Assembly: GCA_015493765.1 (NCBI GenBank)
Contig: WGCQ01000014.1
Coordinates: 1 to 58,171 of the forward strand
DNA length: 58,171 nt
Direction: 5' to 3'
From: Deltaproteobacteria bacterium
Lineage (GTDB): Bacteria; Myxococcota_A; UBA9042; DTJE01; S145-11
Below the pieces are notes generated by a model. The model was not told where the DNA came from. It saw nothing but the letters and a program-made list of their open reading frames with translations, and made no database searches. The position numbers and the translations under genes were made by a program. This document shows positions 1 to 7,981 of the stretch, piece by piece. The stretch's first letter is position 1; every line of letters begins with the position of its first letter.

Positions 1-165
1 CAATACGGATATTAAACGACCCGGTTGGGGTAAAAATTTGGAATTTTTGCAGGATTAGAGCCGGAAAACCCCATCTTACCGTTGATTCTTGGGGTAATTT
101 GATTTTTCGCACATAAAAATCATTTTTATATTCAATCACTTGTTTGCAGCGCAGTTGGCTCGAGG

Positions 166-372
166 CGGAGGCATCTTTGATACAAGTTATTTTTAAAGTG
201 CGTTATTTATCAAGGCATTACAAAACCCCGGATCAAAACCATCAAATCTAACAAACCGCAGGTACAGGGGATCAAGTCAAACACTTGGTGATCATAGCTA
301 CGCATTTACATACATTTATATCTATAGCGTTTTTTGAATTGCGAAATTTTTTATTGATATGTGATGCATATC
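166..372 (-). repeat. AT-rich dispersed intergenic element, B-type, inverted copy
   Basis: The reverse complement aligns by eye along its whole length with 28638-28843 and 45984-46227. Shared strings include ...cgcaattcaaaaaacgctat..atgtaaatgcgtagctatgatcaccaagtg... and the tail ctttaaaaataacttgtatcaaagatgcctcc. Confidence 0.75.
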
Positions 373-416
373 AAACTCAAATCCCGATCCATTACCCAGG
401 CTAATCCCGGAAGACC
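373..416 (+). repeat. 44-nt module (AAACTCAAATCCCGATCCATTACCCAGGCTAATCCCGGAAGACC) next to a GATATG..CATATC palindrome
   Basis: A near-identical 44-mer lies at 46004-46047 inside B copy 3 and is absent from B copy 2 (28.6 kb). Here it has the opposite orientation relative to the rest of the B element. Confidence 0.6.
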
Positions 417-514
417 CAAACCAAATGGGATGGCATAACGATTATTTATGCGTGTTTGCGAAATTGATTTTGTTTTTTGACCATTTTAATGCTAAAGTTT
501 TCATTGGCTTAAAC

Positions 515-523
515 TGGTAGAAT
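515..523 (+). promoter_or_regulatory. possible extended -10 (TGgTAGAAT) upstream of the helicase gene
   Basis: TGGTAGAAT lies 15 nt upstream of the ATG at 538. There is no clear -35 and only a weak SD (taaggt). Confidence 0.2.
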
Positions 524-537
524 TTAAGGTACTGACT

Positions 538-3500
538 ATGCCAACGATATACGACAACATAAAAAAACACCTGGAAGAAGGAATTACCAAAACACTGGAA
601 ACATCGAAACGTGCTGACTTTTGTATTGGTTATTTCAACTTGAGAGGATGGCAAAAGGTTTCACAACAGGTAAACAACCTTGAAGGGGATTATTTACCAG
701 AAGGATTTGAAGATGACAACAAATACTACTGTCGTGTTCTAATTGGCATGCAAAAACTTCCGGACGAACAGATAAAGGACTTCTTTGCTGGTAATTATGA
801 TTCTTTGGACAATAATAAAGCCATACAATTCAGAAAGAAAATTGCAAAGGAGTTTAAAGAGCAATTGACTATCGGTAACCCAACAAACGAAGATGAAAAA
901 GCCTTAAAGCAACTTGCCAAGCAGTTGAAGGAAAAAAGGGTAATCGTTAGACTACATCTCAGACATACTTTACATGCCAAGCTTTATTTGGCCTACAGAA
1001 ATGACTTCAATACTCCCATTATTGGTTTTGTAGGCAGTTCAAATTTGACGCTTTCTGGTATTTCAAAGCAAGGTGAATTGAATGTTGATGTTGTTGAAGG
1101 CGATGCGGCGACAAAACTATCGAAATGGTTTCAGGATCGATGGGAAGACCGCTGGAGTATTGATATTACAGAAGAACTTGCCGAAATAATAGAGAACAGT
1201 TGGGCGGCAGAAAAACTATATTCACCTTATCATATTTACCTGAAGATTGCCTATCATCTTTCCAGGGAAGCAAGAGCCGGAATTTCGGAATTCAACCTGC
1301 CAAGGGAATTCAAAAATATATTGTTGCCATATCAGCAAAGTGCCGTTAAAGTTGCTGCTCATCATCTTCACAAAAGGGGCGGAGTAATAATCGGGGATGT
1401 TGTGGGCTTGGGAAAAACATACACTGCAACGGCTTTGGCCAAACTGTTTGAAGATGATTTTTTCCTGGAAACATTGATAATCTGCCCTAAAAACCTTGTA
1501 AGCATGTGGGAAGATTATGCCCATAACTATCGGCTCAGGGCAAAAGTTCTTTCTATTACACAAGTACAATCAAAACTACCAAATGAGAGACGATATAGAT
1601 TGGTCATAATAGACGAAAGCCACAACCTTAGAAACAGGGAAGGAAAACGGTACAGGGCGATTCAGGAATATATTCGACTCAATGACAGTAAGGTTATTTT
1701 ACTCACGGCAACCCCTTACAATAAAACTTACCTTGATCTGAGTAATCAATTAAGGTTATTCATTGACGAAACGTATAATCTGGGAATAAGCCCGGAAAAA
1801 TATATTAAACATATTGGTGGAAGAATCCATTTCCTGGCAAATCATCAAGTTCCGGAAACTTCAATTTCCGCCTTTGAAAAAAGTTCTTTTGCAGAAGACT
1901 GGGCGGAGTTGATGCGGCTGTTTTTGGTAAGGAGGACCCGGAGTTTTATAAAAAACAACTATGCGAAACATGATGATAAGTTAAACAGGTATTATATAGA
2001 GTTTCCAAACGGTGAGCGCTCGTATTTCCCCGACAGAGTACCTAAAAAAGTTGATTACGCGTTTGACCCTGAAGACCCAAGCGACCAATACGCACAGTTA
2101 TACTCGGACAAAGTTGTAGATATCATTGATAGCCTGATTCTGCCAAGATACGGATTAGGACAGGAATGCTATGAAAATAAAAAAGCAGCTGTTCAAATAA
2201 CCGCAGAAGAAAAGATCATCAAAGAAAACCTGGGCAGAGCGGGTACTCGTCTGATTGGTTTTGCCCGAACAAATCTTTTCAAACGTTTGGAAAGCAGTGG
2301 ATACTCTTTTTTATTGTCGATTAGTCGTCATATTTTAAGAAATTACCTTTTTATTTATGCAATGGAAAACAATCTGCCATTCCCGATTGGAAAACAGGAA
2401 TCCGGTTTGATTGATGATTTTATGTATTCCGATAAGGATGTCGATGGTGACAATGATATTGGTATTCTGATTAAACCCGAAGACTATTTTGAACGGGCTG
2501 AAAAATATTACGCGTCTCTTTACAATAAAAAGGATAAATATCAATGGATTAAAAGCCAGTTGTTCAACGCAAAATTAAAAAAAGACCTGGAATTCGACAG
2601 CCAGGAATTGATGAAAATTCTGGACCTTGGTAAAAACTGGAAGCAAGAAAACGACCGGCAATTAAACGCATTATATGACCTGATCACTAAAACGCATAAA
2701 GGGGAAAAGATTCTGATATTCACTCAATTTTCGGATACCGCTTATTATCTGTTCGATTCGCTCAAAAGCAGAGATGTTGATAAAATTGAATGCGCAACCG
2801 GTGATTCGGAAGACCCTACAACGTTGGCATACAGGTTTAGTCCCAGAAGCAATGGAAAGAATATTCCCAAAGAACAAGAAATTAATGTGCTTATTACAAC
2901 TGATGTGTTGAGTGAAGGACAAAATTTACAGGATGCCCACATTGTATTGAATTACGATTTACCATGGGCAATCATACGATTAATTCAACGAGCGGGTCGT
3001 GTTGACAGGATTGGGCAAAAACACCACGAGATTTTGTGTTACTCGTTCTTACCGGAAGACGGGATTGAAAACATCATCAAACTACGCGGCAGACTAGGGC
3101 AAAGAATAAAAGAAAATGCCGAAACAGTCGGCTCGGATGAGGTTTTCTTCGAGGGTGACCCGATAAATATTGCCGACCTTTACAACGAAAAATCAGGTTT
3201 ATTGGACGAGGAAGACGATATTGAGGTCGATCTGGCTTCATATGCTTTCCAGATTTGGAAAAACGCCATTGATGCCGACCCTAAATTGGCGAAAATAATT
3301 CCCGATTTACCAAATGTAATTTACGCCACCAAAAAAGGCGATGATACCCAGGAACTAAATGGCGTGATCGTTTACACCAAAACGGCAAACGAAAATGATG
3401 TGTTGGCCTGGGTGGATGAAAAACAGCGCATTGTAACACAATCACAATTTGAAATATTGAAAGCCGTCAAGTGTAACCGTGATGAACCCGCGCTTGAGCG

Positions 3501-3885
3501 TTTTGAAAAACATCATGCCCTTGTAAAATTCGGCCTGGATTACATTAAAGAAACCGAATCAAAAATTGGTGGTCAATTGGGTAGAAAAACCGGGGCCCGG
3601 TACCGTGCGTATATGCGCTTGAATAATTACGCTGAGCGAAATGCCGGAACCCTTTGGGTAACCGAAGAGTTGAAACGCGCCATCCAGGATATTTACGACC
3701 ATCCGTTAAGAGAATATGCCCGGGAAACAATTAACCGCCAATTAAAAGCCGGCATCAGCGATGGAGATTTGGCAAATATTGTGATATCACTTCGGGAAGA
3801 CGGGAAACTGAGCCTGATTAGCGAGGACGAATCAACAGGCAAAGAACCTCAAATTATTTGTTCAATGGGATTAAGAATTAAGTAG
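538..3885 (+). CDS. HKD (phospholipase-D-family) nuclease domain fused to an SNF2/SWI2-family helicase-translocase
   Basis: 1115-aa ORF. A single N-terminal HKD motif reads LHAKLYLAY...GSSNLT (His codon at 973). SF2/SNF2 motifs follow: GLGKT (I), VIIDESHNLRN (II, nt 1612), LLTATPYNK (III), LITTDVLSEGQNLQ (V) and QRAGRVDRIGQ (VI). Composition is AT-rich. The stop TAG at 3883-3885 is 1 nt before the next ATG. Confidence 0.88.
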   Translation: MPTIYDNIKKHLEEGITKTLETSKRADFCIGYFNLRGWQKVSQQVNNLEGDYLPEGFEDDNKYYCRVLIGMQKLPDEQIKDFFAGNYDSLDNNKAIQFRKKIAKEFKEQLTIGNPTNEDEKALKQLAKQLKEKRVIVRLHLRHTLHAKLYLAYRNDFNTPIIGFVGSSNLTLSGISKQGELNVDVVEGDAATKLSKWFQDRWEDRWSIDITEELAEIIENSWAAEKLYSPYHIYLKIAYHLSREARAGISEFNLPREFKNILLPYQQSAVKVAAHHLHKRGGVIIGDVVGLGKTYTATALAKLFEDDFFLETLIICPKNLVSMWEDYAHNYRLRAKVLSITQVQSKLPNERRYRLVIIDESHNLRNREGKRYRAIQEYIRLNDSKVILLTATPYNKTYLDLSNQLRLFIDETYNLGISPEKYIKHIGGRIHFLANHQVPETSISAFEKSSFAEDWAELMRLFLVRRTRSFIKNNYAKHDDKLNRYYIEFPNGERSYFPDRVPKKVDYAFDPEDPSDQYAQLYSDKVVDIIDSLILPRYGLGQECYENKKAAVQITAEEKIIKENLGRAGTRLIGFARTNLFKRLESSGYSFLLSISRHILRNYLFIYAMENNLPFPIGKQESGLIDDFMYSDKDVDGDNDIGILIKPEDYFERAEKYYASLYNKKDKYQWIKSQLFNAKLKKDLEFDSQELMKILDLGKNWKQENDRQLNALYDLITKTHKGEKILIFTQFSDTAYYLFDSLKSRDVDKIECATGDSEDPTTLAYRFSPRSNGKNIPKEQEINVLITTDVLSEGQNLQDAHIVLNYDLPWAIIRLIQRAGRVDRIGQKHHEILCYSFLPEDGIENIIKLRGRLGQRIKENAETVGSDEVFFEGDPINIADLYNEKSGLLDEEDDIEVDLASYAFQIWKNAIDADPKLAKIIPDLPNVIYATKKGDDTQELNGVIVYTKTANENDVLAWVDEKQRIVTQSQFEILKAVKCNRDEPALERFEKHHALVKFGLDYIKETESKIGGQLGRKTGARYRAYMRLNNYAERNAGTLWVTEELKRAIQDIYDHPLREYARETINRQLKAGISDGDLANIVISLREDGKLSLISEDESTGKEPQIICSMGLRIK

Positions 3886-3886
3886 T

Positions 3887-6800
3887 ATGGAAAAAAACAG
3901 GTTTTCGAAATATATTAAAAACTTCGATTTTGTTACCCTCTTCAATGAATTGGGTTGGGATTATTTCAAAAATACTTTGTCCGTTGCGGTTAACCAGGAT
4001 ACATTCATACTGCAAGGCATTGTCGAGAAAAAAGGGTTTGTTATCCTGCACTGTTCGGCATTACCAAATGGCAAAATACCGTTAAGCAATATTCGAAAAC
4101 AGATTGAAGCAAAGGTTGCAAAGCATTATTTTGAGCATCTTATTATTTATTCGGACCGGAATCAATCTCAACAGATCTGGCAGATGGCCATAAAAGAAGA
4201 AAACAAACCCAAGCAGGTACGCGAAATTCCGTGGTACAGCCATCAGGATACGGAGATTCTTTTTCAGCGTTTAAGGAATTTACTGTTTACACTTGATGAG
4301 GAAGAAAAGATCACCATTGTTGATGTAAAGCGGCGTGTTTCCGAAAATTTCGCCCAAAACACGGAAAAAGTAACCAAAAGGTTTTATACGGAGTTCAAAA
4401 AGCAACATACCGCCTTTCTCGATTTTATTCAAGGAATTGACGATCACATTGGCAACAGGGAAAACACCAACAAACAATGGTATGCATCGCTAATGCTTAA
4501 TCGTTTGATGTTTTGCTATTTTATTCAGAAAAAGGGATTTTTGAACCAGGATATCAACTATTTGCGCAATAAATTGGACGAATCCAAGCGTTATGCGGGA
4601 AAAGACAAGTTTTACGGCTTTTACCGGAGTTTTTTATTGGAATTGTTCCACGATGGATTGGGCAAGCCCAAAGAGCGCCGGCATGAACATCCCATTGCCC
4701 TGGGCAAAATTCCATATCTCAATGGCGGCTTATTTGATGTGCACATGCTGGAAAAACAATTCGACAGCATTGATATCAAAGATGAAGCCTTTGAAAGGCT
4801 GTTTGCATTTTTCGATAAATGGAACTGGCATCTTGACAACAGCATTGAAGCAACCGGCAGGGATATCAACCCCGATGTGATAGGTTATATCTTCGAAAAA
4901 TACATTAACGACCGGGCTGCCATGGGCGCCTATTACACCAAAGAAGACATTACCGATTACATTGGCAAAAACACGATTATACCGTTTTTGTTTGACGAAA
5001 CCGAGCGGCACTACAAAAAGGCCTTTAAACCCGATAGCGAACTGTGGAAAATGCTTCAACAAAGTGGCGACACCTATATTTACGATGCGGTGAAAAAAGG
5101 GGTGCCGAAAAACGGTGATTTGTTTGGTGATTTGCCCGCGGAAATAAAAGAAGGTTTTAAGCCCGAACTTGAAAAAGAAATAGTCAAGGCAGAAACGTCA
5201 CCTCATTTATGGGAAATTCGTAAAGTATGGAACAAAAAAGCCCCTGGGGACATCGCGCTCCCCACTGAAATTTACCGTGAACTGATCGAACGCAGAAAAC
5301 GATATGCAGAAATAAAGTCGAAAATCGAGAACGGCGAAATAACACATATCAACGATTTTATTACTTACAATTTAAACATCCGCCAGTTTGCCCAGGATTT
5401 TATTGAAAACACCGGGGATGCCGATTTTATACGCCATTTTTTCAAAGCCATAAAAAAGATAACCATACTTGACCCCACCGCGGGTTCCGGCGCCTTTCTG
5501 TTTGCCGCAATGAATATTCTGGAACCGCTCTATGAGGCCTGCATAATGCGTATGGAACAATTTGTGGCCGAAGAACCCGGTAAACATAAATTTTTCGAGG
5601 AAGTGTTGCGGGAAGTAAATGCCCCTCAGCACCCAAACCTGAAATACTATATTTTCAAAAACATCATTTTGAATAACCTGTACGGTGTGGATATTATGAA
5701 GGAGGCCGTTGAGATCGCCAAACTCCGGCTGTTTCTGAAACTGGTTGCCACTGTTGATGTCAATCCCCGCAAAGAAAATTATGGCCTGGAGCCTTTGCCT
5801 GACATCGATTTTAATGTACGGGCCGGTAATACCCTTGTAGGCTTTGCCACTGAAAAGGAGCTGCTGGATACCATTGAAAAGCAAGAACCACTTTTTGCAA
5901 AAGACAAACTTGAAGCATTTAAAGAAGAATTCGAACTGGTCAGCAAAGCATACAGACACTTCCAGAATGCACAACTAATAAACGACCAGGGAAGCGAAAA
6001 TTTCAAAGCAGCCAAGGCGGAGCTGAACAGGCGATTAAACGATCTCAACCACAAACTGAATATTTATTTGGCGACCAATTATGGCATTACCGATGCCGAA
6101 GGCAAACAAAAAGATAAATACAAACAATGGTTAAGCACGCACCAACCCTTTCATTGGTTTGCCGAGTTTTACCGGATTGTTGCCGTCAACAGCGGTTTTG
6201 ACGTGATTATTGGGAATCCGCCGTATATTGAGTATTCTAAAGTCAGAGAATTATATAGGATATTAAGTGGGGTTTATAAAACAATAGAATGCGGTAACAT
6301 TTATGCAATGGTATTTGAAAGAAGTCTTCAACTGTCATCATTCAAAGGAAAAAATGGATTAATAGTTCCAATAAGTTTAGGTAGCACGAAACGAATTGAA
6401 CCTCTATTAAGAATATTGAGAGCAAAGTCTGGTTCTTTTTGGTCAAGTTTTTATGCTGAACGTCCATCAAAATTATTTTCTGGAGCAGAAGTATTATTAA
6501 ATATATCAATAGTTGATGTCTCAAAGGTTAAAGATGAACACATATATTATTCAACAGGACTAAGGAAATGGAGTGCTGAATACAGGGAACACCTTTTTCC
6601 AAGTCTAACATACACTCATTATTCAAATACTATTAGAGATTATCTAATTCCAAAATTCTTATCCAATTTAGAAATACACATTAGCAATAAAGTTTTCTCA
6701 AAATCAAAAAAATTAGGACAGTCATTTATTTCAGGAAGCACATGGAAAATATACTACCGTATAGGCGGAGGGAGGTATTGGAAAATATTTACAACCTTTC

Positions 6801-7291
6801 AACCTAAATTTGTTGTTGAAGGTAAACAAATAGCCTCAAGTAGGGAGCGTTGTCTATATTTTAGTTCAAAAGAAAATTTACATGTTAGCCTTATTACCCT
6901 AAATTCCTCAACTTTTTTTTGGTATTTCCAAATTACTACTAATGGTCGTGATTTAAATCCATTTGATTTAAAGAGTTTCCCTATTGACGTTAATTCACCA
7001 ATAATCTCAAAGGATGTAGGAATTATTGCAAATGATTTAATGGATGACTATAAATTGAATAAATTACAGAAGGAAAAAGTGTCAAAGAAGACAGGGCACA
7101 TTCTTTATGAGGAGTTTTACCCAAGAAAATCCAAGCCCATCATCGACCAAATCGACACTGTATTGGCCCAATACTATGGGTTCACGGAGGAGGAATTGGA
7201 TTTTATTATCAATTACGACATAAAATACAGGATGGGTAAAGAATTGGATGCTTATGTAAACGGTACTCTTGGTAAAACAGATGAAAAATAA
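3887..7291 (+). CDS. Large gamma-class N6-adenine DNA methyltransferase, type IIG / Eco57I / PglX-DrmMI-like, with C-terminal target-recognition domain
   Basis: 1134-aa ORF. It has a helical coupler motif WYASLMLNRLMFCYFIQKKGFL, the AdoMet motif I ILDPTAGSGAFLFAA (about nt 5468-5495) and the catalytic motif IV VIIGNPPYIEY (AAT CCG CCG TAT at 6215-6226). The C-terminal end YGFTEEELDFIINYD is typical of TaqI-C-like specificity domains. I recognise no clear PD-(D/E)xK motif. Confidence 0.88.
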   Translation: MEKNRFSKYIKNFDFVTLFNELGWDYFKNTLSVAVNQDTFILQGIVEKKGFVILHCSALPNGKIPLSNIRKQIEAKVAKHYFEHLIIYSDRNQSQQIWQMAIKEENKPKQVREIPWYSHQDTEILFQRLRNLLFTLDEEEKITIVDVKRRVSENFAQNTEKVTKRFYTEFKKQHTAFLDFIQGIDDHIGNRENTNKQWYASLMLNRLMFCYFIQKKGFLNQDINYLRNKLDESKRYAGKDKFYGFYRSFLLELFHDGLGKPKERRHEHPIALGKIPYLNGGLFDVHMLEKQFDSIDIKDEAFERLFAFFDKWNWHLDNSIEATGRDINPDVIGYIFEKYINDRAAMGAYYTKEDITDYIGKNTIIPFLFDETERHYKKAFKPDSELWKMLQQSGDTYIYDAVKKGVPKNGDLFGDLPAEIKEGFKPELEKEIVKAETSPHLWEIRKVWNKKAPGDIALPTEIYRELIERRKRYAEIKSKIENGEITHINDFITYNLNIRQFAQDFIENTGDADFIRHFFKAIKKITILDPTAGSGAFLFAAMNILEPLYEACIMRMEQFVAEEPGKHKFFEEVLREVNAPQHPNLKYYIFKNIILNNLYGVDIMKEAVEIAKLRLFLKLVATVDVNPRKENYGLEPLPDIDFNVRAGNTLVGFATEKELLDTIEKQEPLFAKDKLEAFKEEFELVSKAYRHFQNAQLINDQGSENFKAAKAELNRRLNDLNHKLNIYLATNYGITDAEGKQKDKYKQWLSTHQPFHWFAEFYRIVAVNSGFDVIIGNPPYIEYSKVRELYRILSGVYKTIECGNIYAMVFERSLQLSSFKGKNGLIVPISLGSTKRIEPLLRILRAKSGSFWSSFYAERPSKLFSGAEVLLNISIVDVSKVKDEHIYYSTGLRKWSAEYREHLFPSLTYTHYSNTIRDYLIPKFLSNLEIHISNKVFSKSKKLGQSFISGSTWKIYYRIGGGRYWKIFTTFQPKFVVEGKQIASSRERCLYFSSKENLHVSLITLNSSTFFWYFQITTNGRDLNPFDLKSFPIDVNSPIISKDVGIIANDLMDDYKLNKLQKEKVSKKTGHILYEEFYPRKSKPIIDQIDTVLAQYYGFTEEELDFIINYDIKYRMGKELDAYVNGTLGKTDEK

Positions 7292-7738
7292 ATGGAATAT
7301 TTGGGTGATAAGAATATATTGAAATTAGAAAAAACCGCTTTTCTGTGTTCTCAAAAATGCCCGGCGGAAATTGTACTTAAAAGCTTTGATTGGGCAAAGA
7401 AACAAAGAGAACAGGGAAACTGTATTGTTTGCGGCAACCATTCGCAAATCGAAAAAGATGTTTTTGAAATACTGCTAAAAGGGAAACAGCCATTAATACT
7501 CGTACTGGCCAGAGGAATGAAAACCAGGTGGGGCCCGGCAATCGAAAAAGCGGTGAAAGAAAACAGGTTGTTGGTGATAAGTTGTTTTAAAAAAGAAACC
7601 ACAAGGGTAACCAGAAAAACAGCAGAAAAGCGGAATAAAAAGATTATAGAGATCAGTGAGCATGTAGTCATTGGCTACAAATCGAAAAACGGACAATTGG
7701 AAAAGATATTGAAACAAACAGAATATGAACAATTGTAG
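7292..7738 (+). CDS. Small DprA/Smf-like (SLOG/Rossmann-like) protein
   Basis: 148-aa ORF whose ATG directly abuts the TAA of the methyltransferase. It resembles the DprA Rossmann core by eye: TAFLCSQKCP vs GSRxxS, CIVCGNHSQIEKD vs IVSGxARGID, PLILVLARGM vs xIAVLGxGL, and AEKRNKKIIE vs FPxRNRII. There is no SAM or DML1-like extra domain. Confidence 0.5.
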   Translation: MEYLGDKNILKLEKTAFLCSQKCPAEIVLKSFDWAKKQREQGNCIVCGNHSQIEKDVFEILLKGKQPLILVLARGMKTRWGPAIEKAVKENRLLVISCFKKETTRVTRKTAEKRNKKIIEISEHVVIGYKSKNGQLEKILKQTEYEQL

Positions 7739-7755
7739 CCCATGCCAAAGAAGAC

Positions 7756-7850
7756 GGACTCGTAATAAATCAAAACCGGCAAACCCATATCTAATAAAAT
7801 CAAATGGTTAGAGGGAAAAAAATGGTTAAAATCGGACTTTTTACGAGCCC
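7756..7850 (+). repeat. A-type ~95-bp AT-rich element with 10-bp terminal inverted repeat (GGACTCGTAA...TTACGAGCCC)
   Basis: It aligns with 45779-45873 through cgtaataaatcaaaa..ctaataaaatcaaa..aaaatcggactttttacgag. The ends are inverted repeats, which gives it a MITE-like look. Confidence 0.65.
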
Positions 7851-7855
7851 ATCAT

Positions 7856-7906
7856 GCTTTGATAAACAACGTACTCTAAAAATAACCTGTATCGAAGATG
7901 CCTCTA
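7856..7906 (+). repeat. Truncated tail of B-type element
   Basis: gctttgataaacaacgtactctaaaaataacctgtatcgaagatgcctcta matches the 3' ends of the B copies at 28795-28843 and 46175-46227. It is inverted relative to 166-200. Confidence 0.75.
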
Positions 7907-7919
7907 CCCCCAACGGGTG

Positions 7920-7948
7920 TTGACACTTTCTGCCTGGTATGCCAAAAT
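7920..7948 (+). promoter_or_regulatory. possible sigma70-type promoter (TTGACA-17 nt-CAAAAT)
   Basis: The match lies 34 nt upstream of the ATG at 7982. Called by pattern only. Confidence 0.25.
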
Positions 7949-7981
7949 CGCCTTGAACCTTGATAACCGACAGGAGGACGG

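Noticed and set aside
1-165. Possible gene driven leftwards by the inverted B element
   Set aside because: Only very short ORFs of about 15-20 codons are open on the minus strand before the window edge, so nothing supportable can be called.
3887-4400. N-terminal PD-(D/E)xK nuclease in the methyltransferase (as in MmeI-type IIG enzymes)
   Set aside because: The region (GFVILHCS...FEHLIIYSDRNQSQQIW) has a restriction-fold-like feel, but I cannot find a D...(D/E)xK triad. I left it as unassigned and attribute nuclease function to the HKD domain of gene 1. A profile or structure search could overturn this.
5372-5974. 200-aa ORF antisense within the methyltransferase gene. Several 60-115-aa ORFs inside 538-7738 are similar cases.
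   Set aside because: They lie opposite or out of frame with long ORFs bearing complete SNF2 and MTase motif sets. They have no SD sites and hydrophobic or low-complexity products.
538-7738. Canonical class 1 DISARM or BREX locus
   Set aside because: No DUF1998/DrmA-DrmB, PglZ, BrxC/PglY or BrxL-like ORFs lie within or right of the cassette. The right flank goes straight into repeats and core genes. Genes left of position 1 cannot be excluded.
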